Below, one piece after another: positions 37,501 to 46,493 of a stretch of DNA of 60,921 nucleotides. This DNA is from a virus. Its lineage: Duplodnaviria > Caudoviricetes. The stretch spans positions 1 through 60,921 of the IMG/VR virus record IMGVR_UViG_3300032303_001927; one strand, given 5' to 3'. A model generated the notes under the pieces. It had not been told where the DNA came from. It worked only from the letters and a program-made list of their open reading frames with translations, and did no database searches. Both the position numbers and the translations under genes were made by a program. Within the stretch, counting starts at the first letter, position 1; each line of letters opens with the position of its first letter.

Positions 37501-38276
37501 AAGAAGATATAGTTAAGGCAATGATGGCTATTGAGGAAGACTCAAAGAGTGCTTCTGGATCTTGGACAAACATTGTAGATAAAATTAATGCACTTCCAGA
37601 TTCAATTACCATTAAAAGCATTATAGATGAAGTAAGAAACATTACTGAAAATATTACAAGATATATAACAACTATTGAGTCTGGTGGATCAAGTTCAAGT
37701 TCATCAAGTAGTTCAAGTTCATCAAGTACAGGAAAAATATTAGACAAATTTATAAAAGGAAAAGATGATGGATCTGCAGGAGATGGTCTTGGTTTTAATA
37801 ATGGAAACCCACTTTCAGGTGATGGAGATAAGGGAAGTACTGCAGCAGAGCAAGCAGCAGCAGATGCAGCAGCCAAAGCAGCAGCACAAGATGCTGCAGA
37901 TGCCGCAGCAGCAGCAGCAAATGCAAAAAAGTTGCTAACTAGTGGTGGAGGATTCTTTAGACTGTCTGAAGGAAGAATGTCTATGGGTGGACTAGTTCCT
38001 AAGTATTTTGCAGCAGGAGGGTATGCAGTAGGTACTGACACAGTTCCAGCAATGCTTACTCCAGGAGAATTTGTAATGAGTAAATATGCTGTAGATACAC
38101 ACGGCATTGATAAAATGAAGGCTATTAATTCTGGATCAGATGCATCTTCTTCAGTGTATAATTATGAGTTAGTAGTTAATGTTAAGTCTGATGCAAATGC
38201 AAATGATATAGCAAACACGGTAATGGCAAAGATTAAACAAGTAGATTCTATGAGATTAAGAGGTAATAAACTTTAA
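28590..38276 (+). CDS. Tape measure protein (TP901-type core) with internal globular inserts
   Basis: 3228 aa, Ala/Gln/Lys helical; ASEGANALKSGLAALINPT and AIEQLFGK core; hydrophobic segments; C-terminal FAAGG..GTDTVPAMLTPGEFV. Confidence 0.93.
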   Translation: MSDVNANIGINFNTADALAQLRSLQAGLSKFHQTLAEGNLAAVNAQKGLNAQLIQAVNATGKFSASQVKVATSTQAFTTALEKNQLSLGQYFKYTAAAATANTKTLTGMFAQEREILNRARRDRVKALQAQYIQLQKANGGFADAIKIMPKTLMMANGQFTELGTRIQYAAQRQQFLNQLLRQGSTQLLNFGKNTQWAGRQLMVGLTLPLGMLGQYAATTFREMEKSVVKFQRVYGDAFTDSTATDIAVENIKRIGMEYTKFGIAVKDTMDMAATAAAAGFSGTALDAQVKQANKLAVLGQVEQQQALETTISLQNAFGISSEDLGKKIDFLNAVENQTLLSIEDLTIAIPKAAPVVKQLGGNVEDLAFFMTAMKEGGINASEGANALKSGLAALINPTKKSSEMLAGMGINIKGIVQGNAGDLKGTVVGFARALDTLDPLNRARAIEQLFGKFQFARLSTLFQNVTKDGSQASRALQLSGASMEELAIISEREMGKIEGAVGVKFQAAVEQFKQTIMPIGKEFLQALTPVVKFIGNLFEKFNNLSDGTKKFVTIITTVVAGIGPIFLMTFGLLANGLANLIKLFATIRGGIAKLNGQNKMLGGGFDYLTQQEIENVASSNALHGSHERLIQVFNVENVALQKLANSYANAASQARALATSSPGLFASPGAAAATSRLPKSGRPVRKYADGVLQVPGPKGAGDIQPAFLAPGEAVIPADVTAKNIGFLHAMMAGKTPGYMAGKIPARPAFHAKPDELQSGAKFVGMPKSIGQVTQSRQIADRIAESVQKSQFGKVPATDFGTLLQGTSGRSFPIPNVGGIYRKPNGEVVFVKPAVDATSALAEQRATIIAREAHGLNAPKQTIKTMMDPTDTTGKRKLIVLESPYDPKLAEASGKFTKKQMITQLVASLLRGDKDLSKSNVFGNTLADVGPAGVFGRASGFREIQSAMPSMEDQAMINLLGIKGGARKDFALSTADIAKKMTPQEYNSAIGAEIAKVLPKLKKTVAGMNLLPAEAAPYNAMIARLESGKKTDWSSFQKIHAAAGSPVKKLMAGFIPELSTVQKSQSQIEMQKFFDWADKQVESSKLDGTFKDRWKKSTGPAFRQSLMEKMIYDPNSKTFWTNQGGTSGVNLERMQERFNYRFGISPDAKTGKYVKSNLFNINKFLSNVTSGGQSKRGGDIGANNPKAKRVWDEIKTEAANPGGIKSDKTIRKYTDFLANMKDANGNETQLGKDLKSTSPAVRKAAMETVDKMFRLDASHAQAVRVYESLEDAQAGKSRPASKSEKYSMGVMGPDYRVVNEFVKTNDPQNKSRFEKILDWNNKNGNPLNLNATQTKNIQSAIQSIVKEENHPFDPKNQKHVKALSELEIKTRDLMTLDPSKTKGLSFLSKSSSAYINAKLVNSIMSERIADSNWFTRMNENKMFMNTGLLDEKGRPVRGGLETVRKTEYYRDPATGKFIPYTGQNTSPVSTGRVIGKGTETRTPDYSKTGGGPTATRSQARTFAIRRDAGDPRFQGLGQESVLSKKAQGRVTSAVQEQARLLKLRNNLTKQEIAQALSQYRKRVVMAEVEKANAIAQSQRMRDQAKLDSEKVISAKSAAKQEKAQRRMALQEKVGRYSGGASAALGGVAMGAMMTGADSKVTGGLFAASAVAGMAPMLTNPYVAAGAAVLALAGSFFIADKASKAAAEKISKLTDATSATTEKMKSIGELTGKVGASELYSRKRSTSSSDRYTTGFERGKQQFGSTFLDSSAGKDVMTGFTESLKSGTDTAAKQMAIQLSGYISDGVMTAEQAHSVASQIGINLNNQTLTSQISGQLLSLIGPSGEDLLKNPLEVRVKLVQEQRNVTSGLKDQLQGSITDTRNSLDSRLSQASKVVSPFFPSAFIGQKAPGFTAYSAKEMFGTTKAEAQAAAGAASGAQNLEFNQAQIDSLNIQYDKELKILETQKAATIDAAKRKQIDDQIAALETKRVSGVNTLRKANGDILKDQIALFRVAQQRKAVEDAFFDSLKNQVREKYKGTAQEAFVDPLLKSTADLKSKDLEVKINTVVASGQMPPATASTLLEMFSGDEKGLNKFINTSLKVHDPGKLSELINSLGGVKNKVVKTIITNIANKKPKEAERLMSTIALMQKMAGKEINIQAFFEQKDAMAKLEELQGKLEEVEGMPTPITKEAIALINTDGNSVTQDMGALLAVWDQWGNLPDETKKTVIQEYITLLKTITEGDVDAEIKKRIAAAGGASTVADYYSTSAGRDAARSGLAAARTMQQTKQDIASAKANGGNEGGTTGSQKADPINDILARLKQVRLASLNAAGGITELFKAVGDGKKVKGVIGDVFNGMQQQLLKKGSNQQFIDFLTSMIGDPAELAKYMKTATKATSGPNKGKVVDPYNTKNVLKGGKVGDVVLSESGKAAQAAITKAVGGDYNLAQLKSITNDEERAKVMERIATLAKTNNKFVIDNSTLQNILNDEYYVTEIAAGRITDKELETNTVLAKQAELRAKINGIVTEGLSAGQELADKGRIGELLKFMKETTDLPQLSENALLDMIKDPNQLSAAIAAMDMYKSGIEKVPASLQKVVDGLNNVQKNAKIQGYINFASQTVPEKISQGAAAAQNVLSVKARLREKMNISELRKYGTKANPNMGENAYQAAVKATGGTAITGGGKSLSQIQVARQGLASQMNLVQARANQIQRDISAKEDELNKAIEDKNKYYNNLIDTEKNSIESNESKLKKEFTDLIDKKQTESNKLSNDLAIINHQEEEINKVYDERIKALNETQQINQRLIAQQQTQLGLADALTQGDISAAAQAAQEMRSQNAAAYAEDTTNALTQARDNQIKGLKGAESGMTKDQIAERQYQISQEIYKIETDPKRLELVKAIETSQEQITQYEKDRSTAIDAINLKYEKELADLNTALTSQTSILDKLEKEDAELASQEAELLLILDSLTSMDDLAGKTLQDFEDMVLKAEAMATALEEDIVKAMMAIEEDSKSASGSWTNIVDKINALPDSITIKSIIDEVRNITENITRYITTIESGGSSSSSSSSSSSSSTGKILDKFIKGKDDGSAGDGLGFNNGNPLSGDGDKGSTAAEQAAADAAAKAAAQDAADAAAAAANAKKLLTSGGGFFRLSEGRMSMGGLVPKYFAAGGYAVGTDTVPAMLTPGEFVMSKYAVDTHGIDKMKAINSGSDASSSVYNYELVVNVKSDANANDIANTVMAKIKQVDSMRLRGNKL
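37692..37727 (+). repeat. Perfect 18-bp tandem duplication in a poly-Ser linker
   Basis: AGTTCAAGTTCATCAAGT x2. Confidence 0.85.
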
Positions 38277-38929
38277 TGGCTACAAATCCAAATGCTTCTT
38301 CGTATATTGACGGTAGAAGAAAATATCAAAGACCTCAAGCGATGTTATGGTCAGAAAATTCTGGAACACTTTCTAATGGACTTTATGTGCCAAACGGATA
38401 CGAAATTGGATCTACAACTGGCTCAGAAACTGATACATCAACCTATAATCAATTCTTAATACTTTCAGATGATAATAGACAACCAATTGATTTTAAACCA
38501 ACAAGAATTGAAAAGCGTGAAAGAATGATTAATGGAAGAATGCGTTCTTATCATGTTGCAGACAAATTAACTATATCAACTAGTTGGAATATGCTTTCCT
38601 CTAGATCATTTGCTCTATCGCCAGAGTTTAATCCATCTACTGGAAACCCATTGGTAAATGAAAAAAATTCTTTGGAGTATACCTCTGACAATGGAGCGGG
38701 TGGAGTCGAAATGCTTGACTGGTACAACAACCATCAAGGATCATTTTGGGTATACCTAGCATATGATAAATATTCTAACTTTGGAAAAGATGACAGTGCA
38801 TATGGACATTTGGGTCAATATAACCAATTAGTTGAAATGTTTTTTAGTGATTTTTCATACAGCGTACAAAAACGTGGTGGAAGCAACTATGATTTTTGGA
38901 ATATTTCTCTAACTCTGGAAGAGGCATAG
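38276..38929 (+). CDS. Putative distal tail protein
   Basis: First gene after the tape measure; ERMINGRMRSY...WNISLTLEEA. Confidence 0.6.
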   Translation: MATNPNASSYIDGRRKYQRPQAMLWSENSGTLSNGLYVPNGYEIGSTTGSETDTSTYNQFLILSDDNRQPIDFKPTRIEKRERMINGRMRSYHVADKLTISTSWNMLSSRSFALSPEFNPSTGNPLVNEKNSLEYTSDNGAGGVEMLDWYNNHQGSFWVYLAYDKYSNFGKDDSAYGHLGQYNQLVEMFFSDFSYSVQKRGGSNYDFWNISLTLEEA

Positions 38930-38930
38930 C

Positions 38931-41900
38931 ATGTTTCAAAATGATGAATTAAAAAATCATCTTCAAGAATCTTCTGTAATTAGAACTCAGTCAGCAGTTA
39001 TTGCTGAATGGAATATGAACATACCAGAAAATATTAAAAAAATTGGTAATTATAGATATAGGCCAACTCAAGATAATTCTATATATAAAAATATAATTTC
39101 CAGTTTTAATAATGATGAAGATAAAGATACTCAAGTTCCTTTTTATTATGCAGCAACTGATGCTGATGTTGTAATTGATGGTGGTGTTGATAACATTGAT
39201 GAGCCTACCCTATTGACATCAAAAAAAGAATACCTAAAACTTATTTATTCTTTAGAAGATTGTTTTTATAAGTTTAGACCAAGATCAGGTATTAACAAGG
39301 CTTCTTATTTCTCAAACTCATATATTCATAATGCTAATTCAGAAATGGCAAATAGGCCAAGATACTATATGCCAGATAAAGGCGATTATTTTAAATATTG
39401 GACATCTTTTAGGACAGAGGGTGGTTTAGAGTATGGGGTTGCAAATAAAACTTTAAATGGGCAACACCATATTGAAGACGTTGCGCCATTTATTGTTTAT
39501 AAGAATAAAGTTCCTACAAATAGAGTTGTTGTAAAAATGCAGACTCACGTTGGATCAGTTGATCTTGGTCCATTTTCAACATCATCTAAATCATTTTCAG
39601 ATCCATTTTATGGAGATGCAAATAGTAAAACTCCCATCAGATGGAAGATACAAGCACTAAAAAATAATAATTGGATTGATATAAAAAAAATTGATAGCAA
39701 CACAAAAAGAAAAAACGGTACACCAATAATTGGCTCAGATGGATATGTAGAACTAGGTTATGGACTAATCGTTCCAGATAAATATCAAGATATATTTATT
39801 AAAGCCGAAGATCATTCATCAACAGTCACCTTGCCCGAGTCTTCTATAAATGGTTATGCTTATCTTGTTAAAGAAAATGAAAACGCTTTAGGATTATACT
39901 ATATTTGGGTTTTAGATAAATATGAAACATTTGTACCAACATATGGGTGGCAAATAAACGAAGAGACCGTTGATAGACTAACTAACTTTGTTACTGATAC
40001 AACATCACCAATAAAGTATTTAAATTCTTCAGATGGTCTCTATACATATAGAGAGTTTGATTACATTGAAGGTCTTAGGGTTATTGTTGAAACAATGAAT
40101 AGGCCTGACTCTACTTTTGACTTGATAGAACTTTCACCAAGATTGGTTGTTGATTTATCAGAAAAAACAACAGAATTTTCTGTAACAAAAACAGCATCAG
40201 ATTTAGGATCATCGGGGCTTCCAGTAGGACAACTTCTTGCATCAAATGGAACATTAAGATTGTTTGACTATGATCAAGCATTTAATACAAATAATGATAA
40301 TAGTATTATTAAAAACTATATAACTAAAAATATACAAATAAAGTTTTATGAAGTTATAATTAATGTTGATGGATATGATTATTTTGTTCCAATTAAGACC
40401 ATGTATACGGAAGGTTTTCCCGAAACTAATAATGAAAGCAGACAGGTATCGTTAAAGTTACGAGATCTATTTTTTTATTTAGAATCAATCAATGCTCCAC
40501 AACTTTTAGTTACAAGTGTATCATTAAGTTATGCTATATCAGTATTATTAGACTCAGTTGGTTTTAGTAATTATTCTTTTAAAAGAGTAAGTGGTGAAAA
40601 TGACCCAGTAATTCCATATTTTTTTATACCACCAGACACAAGTGTGGCACAAATCTTAAACCAGTTAGCAATATCAACACAAACTGCAATGTTTTTTGAT
40701 GAATATAATAATTTTATTATGATGAGTAAAAATTACATTCTTCCAAAAGAATCAGAAAGACAAACTGATTTTGAATTTTATGGAACAAAAGATTTTATAC
40801 AAGATGGACTAATAAATAATAAAAAAACAAACGCAAAACTTGCAAACATAATATCTATTAATTCACAAAATAACGATGTTTTTAATGATGGCAGCATTAA
40901 TTATAAAACAAGATATATTCAAAAAACCTATGGCTCAATAAAACAGGCAAGTCTAATTGATAGTGAAAAAACATGGATCTATAAACCAGTTTTGCTTTGG
41001 GAGGTAACTGGTGATGAGAACACTAAGTCAATTAATGATCAGTCAAACAATCAGTCTAATTATGTTTTGGGGGCAATTCCTTTAAATTCTGATTTATCTG
41101 AAACCGTTCCAAGCGTTTATAATAATGTAGTCATTAATAACACAATTGATCTAGGTGAGGGTATTTATTGGCTTTCTAGATATAGCGGGTACTTTTATGC
41201 AAATGGCGAAATTATAAAATACGATGCAGTTCAGTATACTGTGAGCGGTGTTGGCAATGTTTGGATAACTAGCACACGTGAATATCAAAATTATTTTTCT
41301 AAACTTAACCATAATGGAAAAATTTATCCAACTGGATTAATAAGAATATTTTCATATCCTAATTATCAAACTATTGATGGTATTACAAAGTTAAAAAATG
41401 GATTAGTTGCAAAACACGGAAGAGGTCAGTTTGGAACAAAGATAGTAGGGCATTATGCTGGGCTAAACTCATATTGGTCTGATAATGCAAATGTTCGTGG
41501 ATGTTCAATGAGATCAGAACTATTGTTTAGTCTTGCAGGCCAAAACTCTATTGATACTAAAACAGAAAAATTAATATTAGACACTAATGCAGCAGGAGTT
41601 AATAACAATTTAGCAACTCAATCTACTAGGTCTGGAATTATAAAAAATTTCTTATCTCAGTACTATGGTACAGAAACAGATTTTAACAAACTTAAGACAA
41701 CACAGACTGGAACAATTCAGTCATCCGCATTCATTTTAAATGGTCCATCCTTTACAACTACTCAAAAGGGAATTGATTTTATTTCTTATGTGCACAAGCC
41801 ACTAAAAGACTCATTCAAACATTTTGGCACAAGAATGAGGATTATAGGAAAAATTGAAAATAATCAAAATCGTGGCCAGACCCCTATTGGTAGTGATACA

Positions 41901-43250
41901 TACTTTGTTGTTACTGGAAATTCACCAGAACAAAATATTAATATTAGTGCTGGATCTGGTGGTTTAGCAGTTATGTTAAATCCAACAACAAATGTTGGTT
42001 ATTACTTTGAAATTTTAGCATTAACAGAAAATAATGTTAGCAGTTATAGCAAGTCTGCTGAAAATCTCCACAATATAATTTTTTATAAAATTTTACGCGA
42101 TACCGCAACATCTGATGCAATACCAGTCAAACTTTGGGGCGGTTTAGCAAATGTTATTGTTGATGATGGAAAATTTACAGGTCAGTATAGAATGGTCGGA
42201 GAAGAGAATCCAACAGTTTATGATCTTGCAGTTGAGTATCAAAATATAGGAAATATTAGAAGGTTTTATTTATATATAAATAATAGACTTGTTTCAACAG
42301 TTGATGATGATGCACCACTTCCAATGTATAATAATATGGCTATTTTTACAAGAGGCTCTGCAAGATGTATGTTTGAAAACATTTATGCATTGACAAATAA
42401 TTATAGTCAAAATACTGTGTTTGCTTTAGATACACCAGTCATGTCAGCAATAAATGATTCTGAAATTAATGCAAATGAATCTTTTAGAAAGTATGCAATG
42501 AGCGGTATTGTGCAGTCTACATATTTGTCTGGCATTAATCCTTCTCAACCACCACAATATAATATATACTTTGAAGAGTTTGGAACTATTATGAGAGAAG
42601 CCTCATACTTTAATATTAGGTATGATAAAGCATATCCAGCACTTTATGCAAAACTATCTCCAACATTTAATAAGATTAAAGGGTACACTGTTTCTGGATT
42701 TAGAGCAGGGTCATATGGAGCAGAGTTTTTAATATTTAACGCAACAGACACCGCACTGAGTCTTGATGAAACAACTGGAAACTATCTTAGAATTCAGGGA
42801 ATTACCTTCACACAAGAGTCTCAGCACCAGTTAACAATGGATGAATATTTTGCTAAAAATAGTAGTTTTTCTAATCCACAACTTAGTGGTTCAAATTTAA
42901 TAAAATCTCCAGTTAAATATGACAACGACTATGAAGATATTAAAATAAGCAGAATAACTTATGGTAAAAAAGATTTTTCTTTAGAGGCTCCATATATTCA
43001 AACACAAGATGATGCCAATAACTTAATGGAGTGGATTGTAAACAAGGTTGTTAAGCCAAGAAAATCTGTAAGCCTCAAAGTTTTTGCTACACCAACAGTT
43101 CAACTTGGAGATATTGTAACTATTGACTATAAGGATAAGGATTCTGTAAATCAAATATCTGAAAACAATGCCAGATTTGTAGTATATAATATAGAGTATG
43201 CAAAAAATTCAGAGGGACCAGATATGACAGTATATCTAAGTGAGGTATAG
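38931..43250 (+). CDS. Large minor tail protein (tail hub/central fibre)
   Basis: Second gene after the tape measure; C-terminal LEAPYIQTQDDA...PTVQLGDIVTIDY...VYNIEY is typical of hub proteins. Confidence 0.7.
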   Translation: MFQNDELKNHLQESSVIRTQSAVIAEWNMNIPENIKKIGNYRYRPTQDNSIYKNIISSFNNDEDKDTQVPFYYAATDADVVIDGGVDNIDEPTLLTSKKEYLKLIYSLEDCFYKFRPRSGINKASYFSNSYIHNANSEMANRPRYYMPDKGDYFKYWTSFRTEGGLEYGVANKTLNGQHHIEDVAPFIVYKNKVPTNRVVVKMQTHVGSVDLGPFSTSSKSFSDPFYGDANSKTPIRWKIQALKNNNWIDIKKIDSNTKRKNGTPIIGSDGYVELGYGLIVPDKYQDIFIKAEDHSSTVTLPESSINGYAYLVKENENALGLYYIWVLDKYETFVPTYGWQINEETVDRLTNFVTDTTSPIKYLNSSDGLYTYREFDYIEGLRVIVETMNRPDSTFDLIELSPRLVVDLSEKTTEFSVTKTASDLGSSGLPVGQLLASNGTLRLFDYDQAFNTNNDNSIIKNYITKNIQIKFYEVIINVDGYDYFVPIKTMYTEGFPETNNESRQVSLKLRDLFFYLESINAPQLLVTSVSLSYAISVLLDSVGFSNYSFKRVSGENDPVIPYFFIPPDTSVAQILNQLAISTQTAMFFDEYNNFIMMSKNYILPKESERQTDFEFYGTKDFIQDGLINNKKTNAKLANIISINSQNNDVFNDGSINYKTRYIQKTYGSIKQASLIDSEKTWIYKPVLLWEVTGDENTKSINDQSNNQSNYVLGAIPLNSDLSETVPSVYNNVVINNTIDLGEGIYWLSRYSGYFYANGEIIKYDAVQYTVSGVGNVWITSTREYQNYFSKLNHNGKIYPTGLIRIFSYPNYQTIDGITKLKNGLVAKHGRGQFGTKIVGHYAGLNSYWSDNANVRGCSMRSELLFSLAGQNSIDTKTEKLILDTNAAGVNNNLATQSTRSGIIKNFLSQYYGTETDFNKLKTTQTGTIQSSAFILNGPSFTTTQKGIDFISYVHKPLKDSFKHFGTRMRIIGKIENNQNRGQTPIGSDTYFVVTGNSPEQNINISAGSGGLAVMLNPTTNVGYYFEILALTENNVSSYSKSAENLHNIIFYKILRDTATSDAIPVKLWGGLANVIVDDGKFTGQYRMVGEENPTVYDLAVEYQNIGNIRRFYLYINNRLVSTVDDDAPLPMYNNMAIFTRGSARCMFENIYALTNNYSQNTVFALDTPVMSAINDSEINANESFRKYAMSGIVQSTYLSGINPSQPPQYNIYFEEFGTIMREASYFNIRYDKAYPALYAKLSPTFNKIKGYTVSGFRAGSYGAEFLIFNATDTALSLDETTGNYLRIQGITFTQESQHQLTMDEYFAKNSSFSNPQLSGSNLIKSPVKYDNDYEDIKISRITYGKKDFSLEAPYIQTQDDANNLMEWIVNKVVKPRKSVSLKVFATPTVQLGDIVTIDYKDKDSVNQISENNARFVVYNIEYAKNSEGPDMTVYLSEV

Positions 43251-43740
43251 AATGGCAAATGCCACACCAAATACACCAGACACTGTATCGTCAACTGCAG
43301 ATACGGGAGTTCTTGCTGCAACGACAAACCTCTTAATAACTAGTTATGAGAGCACACCTCTTGAACTAATGACTGATCTTATTTTTGAAGATATTGGTGG
43401 TCAAGAAATAATTAATATATCAAGAACAGATATTATTAATGGACAAGACATCATTTATCAGCCAATAAAAAATTTAACTAGCATAAATTACCAATACAAT
43501 CCTCAAAACATATTATCTTTACAAGATACCTCAGAAAATTATTTCAAAAAGTTTCCAATTAATGCTGCATCAAAAGTGCCTTCATTTGGATCGGGGCCCA
43601 ATGGCTCAACAGTCTACATTGATGAAAATACAGGAAACCTCATTATAGAGTTAGTAAACATAGAAGATGACGAACAAGTAGAGATTCAAATACTAAGAAA
43701 TGGAAAATTTTTTGATGATACAATATATGAGGTGCAATAA
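43240..43740 (+). CDS. Hypothetical tail-region protein (start may be ATG 43252)
   Basis: Coupled ORF; GAGG precedes ATG 43252. Confidence 0.65.
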   Translation: MRYRMANATPNTPDTVSSTADTGVLAATTNLLITSYESTPLELMTDLIFEDIGGQEIINISRTDIINGQDIIYQPIKNLTSINYQYNPQNILSLQDTSENYFKKFPINAASKVPSFGSGPNGSTVYIDENTGNLIIELVNIEDDEQVEIQILRNGKFFDDTIYEVQ

Positions 43741-44897
43741 TGATTACTAATACTGGAAAAAATATTTTAGCAAAATATTTACTGGGTCAGGCTTCTGCCT
43801 ATGCCTCGTATATTGCTATCGGCTGCGGTTCAAAGCCTTTAGACTCTGATGCAGTTTTTGGCGATTACTCAAATAAAGAAAGACTTGATTTTGAGATGTT
43901 CCGTGTACCTATTACCTCAAGGGGTTATGTAACTGAAGATGGAATTACAAAAATTGTTTTAACTGCAGAGTTACCAAGTGAAGAAAGATATGAAATTAGC
44001 GAAGTTGGTATTTTTTCTGCGGGATCAAATACTGCAGCAGGTGCATATGATAGCAAATCTATTTATGCTTTTACACAAGATGAAAACTGGGAACATCATA
44101 ATAGCCAGGGTGCATACTCTATTCCAGTAAAATATACACCATTAGATAATGAATCAAATAATATAATTAGTGATGTTATGGCTACAAGAGAGGGATCTGA
44201 AGTTGTTGCAAAAGTTTTTCAAACAAATGCAGACAATAGAATCTTTACAGACGAACAAAGAGTTTTAAGATACGAAAGATGTAGATTTTTAAATAATACA
44301 GTCATGATAAAAGGAAATTCTTCTGCGTTAACAATTGATGGATCTGGAAATATTGTAATAGGAAACAATTCAGAGCATATACATTTAACAGGAGCGGTTC
44401 TAGATTTTAATAAAAATGCACCAACTGATGAAATTAAACTTTCTTTTGCAGTTATTAATAAAGATGGCGAGTCAACAGAGGTTCCAAACAACGTAAAACT
44501 ACTACTTGAATTTTCTTCATCTGATACAGTTACTGGTCAATTTGCAAGATTCCAGGTAAATATTAATAATGGAACTGGAACAGGTCAGCATGATTTTTCT
44601 ACAAACAGATATCTGGTTGCTACAAGACAATTGCAAGAGTTATACAAGAGTACTGGTTTTACTTGGAGCCAGGTTGATGTTGTTAAAATTTATGCATGTG
44701 TTACGGGTAGTCAAGGTCCTACAGATAACTTTTATATTGCTTTAGATGCATTAAAGTTAGAAAATACTAGTTCTTCAAATCCACTTTATGGAATGACTGG
44801 CTACTCTGTAATTAAAAATACTCATGCTGCAACAATTGTTAAATCTGCAAATACAACAAACTATATTGAATTTAGGTTTGCCTTGGATGTTCAATAA
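43740..44897 (+). CDS. Minor tail/baseplate protein
   Basis: MITNTGKNILAKYL...YIAIGCG...ISEVGIFS resembles a tail-collar-type N-terminus. Confidence 0.6.
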   Translation: MITNTGKNILAKYLLGQASAYASYIAIGCGSKPLDSDAVFGDYSNKERLDFEMFRVPITSRGYVTEDGITKIVLTAELPSEERYEISEVGIFSAGSNTAAGAYDSKSIYAFTQDENWEHHNSQGAYSIPVKYTPLDNESNNIISDVMATREGSEVVAKVFQTNADNRIFTDEQRVLRYERCRFLNNTVMIKGNSSALTIDGSGNIVIGNNSEHIHLTGAVLDFNKNAPTDEIKLSFAVINKDGESTEVPNNVKLLLEFSSSDTVTGQFARFQVNINNGTGTGQHDFSTNRYLVATRQLQELYKSTGFTWSQVDVVKIYACVTGSQGPTDNFYIALDALKLENTSSSNPLYGMTGYSVIKNTHAATIVKSANTTNYIEFRFALDVQ

Positions 44898-45337
44898 TGG
44901 CACAAGAAAACTCTAAAATAAAAAAGGTGATTATACCAAAATCATCATTGCCAGAAATATCTGGCATTGGGCAGGACTATGTAGTAAGATATAGAATTGT
45001 TAGTGAAGATAAGAACAGATACTCTTATTGGTCACAAAAATATAGAGTCTCTATACCAAATACAACTACTGTGCCTTTTTCTGTAACAAAATCTAATTCA
45101 ACAATAACAGCAGTGTGGACGCCAGAAAATAACATAAAGTCAGAATTTGATATTTATATTAAGTGGGATTTAGAAGATTGGAAGTATATTACAACTGTAT
45201 ACTCAACAATCTATGCTAGTGTAATTAAAAATGGTGCTACAAAAGTAAAAATTGCAGCACAGATACCAACTTTTCCAAAAGAAAGATTTAGTTCTGCTAC
45301 TCTTTTTGAATCCAACGAGATAGACTTAGTGGTATAA
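44897..45337 (+). CDS. Hypothetical virion protein (Fn3-like beta strands)
   Basis: YVVRYRIVSEDKNRYSYWS; translationally coupled. Confidence 0.55.
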   Translation: MAQENSKIKKVIIPKSSLPEISGIGQDYVVRYRIVSEDKNRYSYWSQKYRVSIPNTTTVPFSVTKSNSTITAVWTPENNIKSEFDIYIKWDLEDWKYITTVYSTIYASVIKNGATKVKIAAQIPTFPKERFSSATLFESNEIDLVV

Positions 45338-45338
45338 T
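45330..45338 (+). promoter_or_regulatory. Extended -10 promoter (TGGTATAAT) overlapping a stop codon
   Basis: Motif match; no RBS before ATG 45348. Confidence 0.55.
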
Positions 45339-45347
45339 TATATAACA

Positions 45348-45791
45348 ATGGCAAAATTACCTTTACCCGAAAGAGGACAACCCTTAGATGTTGCCTATAT
45401 TTATCAATTAGCAAATACTATTAATGATTTATCATCGCAGATATCTCCAGCAACATATAAATATGTAACCGTAGATACACCTGGTGTTGGCAAACAAAGC
45501 GTAAAGGCTTCTGAGGCTAGAATTATTGGCGGGTATGTAAATGTTGTAAATAGTTCAACACGACAAGCAGGAACAGAAGTTTCATTCTCTTATGATTTTC
45601 CAACAGACTTTAAGTATGCACCAATAGCAACAGCCACTCCAGTAAATACTGGTGGCACAGATGCTGGAAAAAATGTATCAGTTGTTTTAAAAAATATAAC
45701 AACTTCAAAAGTTGACGGAATTGTAAGATTTGGTACAACTGGAGATATGTCAGTTGACGTAAATATTATTATTATTGGAATACCAAATTAA
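45348..45791 (+). CDS. Small virion protein with a gp53/H-lectin-like C-terminal domain
   Basis: FPTDFKYAPIATAT...VNIIIIG pattern. Confidence 0.5.
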   Translation: MAKLPLPERGQPLDVAYIYQLANTINDLSSQISPATYKYVTVDTPGVGKQSVKASEARIIGGYVNVVNSSTRQAGTEVSFSYDFPTDFKYAPIATATPVNTGGTDAGKNVSVVLKNITTSKVDGIVRFGTTGDMSVDVNIIIIGIPN

Positions 45792-45794
45792 TCT

Positions 45795-45986
45795 ATGGTT
45801 AAGTGTGATAGATGTCAAAAAAGAATGTTTATTGATAGACAATATACATCTGTTAATCATTTAGAAACATATTGCATGTATTGTGGATCAAGAAAATTTT
45901 TTAATCCACCTGAGCAATCAAAAGAGGGACAATGGTTACTAGAAAAGGAAAAATTGAGAGCGAAAGTTACAATCTCGCCCCTATAA
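45795..45986 (+). CDS. Small Zn-ribbon protein
   Basis: CDRC...CMYCG. Confidence 0.65.
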   Translation: MVKCDRCQKRMFIDRQYTSVNHLETYCMYCGSRKFFNPPEQSKEGQWLLEKEKLRAKVTISPL

Positions 45987-46474
45987 TACCTGGAAACAAA
46001 AAAGTTTGGTTTTTAAATGGTGATTTAGTTAGAGTTCATCATCTAAATAGATCTAATGGCATTATGTCTGTTTATAATATTACAAAAGATCAAATTGAAA
46101 GTTGTTTAGTTAATGACTTTAAAAAAAATCGTCAAAGAGCATATACTGTAGGTCAGACTGCTGATCTAGTTAATCGTCATAAAAAATATATGCCAAGATT
46201 AATGACTAGGGGTGTTATACCTTTTCCTACAGGATCTCAAAAAGGTGGTGCAAGAGGTTTTCAAGTCAGATCATACTATTCAGAATCACAAGTTAGAGAG
46301 ATACGTGATATACTTGCTACGTACCATATTGGTAGACCAAGAAAAGACAAATTAATAACAAACGACATTACACCATCCTCACAAGAGTTGACACGAAGGA
46401 TGGGGGACGGTATAATTACATATACAAGAACTGAAGATGGAAGGTTTATCCCTATTTGGGGAGAATCTATTTAA
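45932..46474 (+). CDS. MerR-like helix-turn-helix DNA-binding protein
   Basis: YTVGQTADLVNRH.....RL..RGVIP...RSYYSESQV. Confidence 0.7.
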   Translation: MVTRKGKIESESYNLAPIIPGNKKVWFLNGDLVRVHHLNRSNGIMSVYNITKDQIESCLVNDFKKNRQRAYTVGQTADLVNRHKKYMPRLMTRGVIPFPTGSQKGGARGFQVRSYYSESQVREIRDILATYHIGRPRKDKLITNDITPSSQELTRRMGDGIITYTRTEDGRFIPIWGESI

Positions 46475-46493
46475 TAACAAAAAGGGGTATGAA

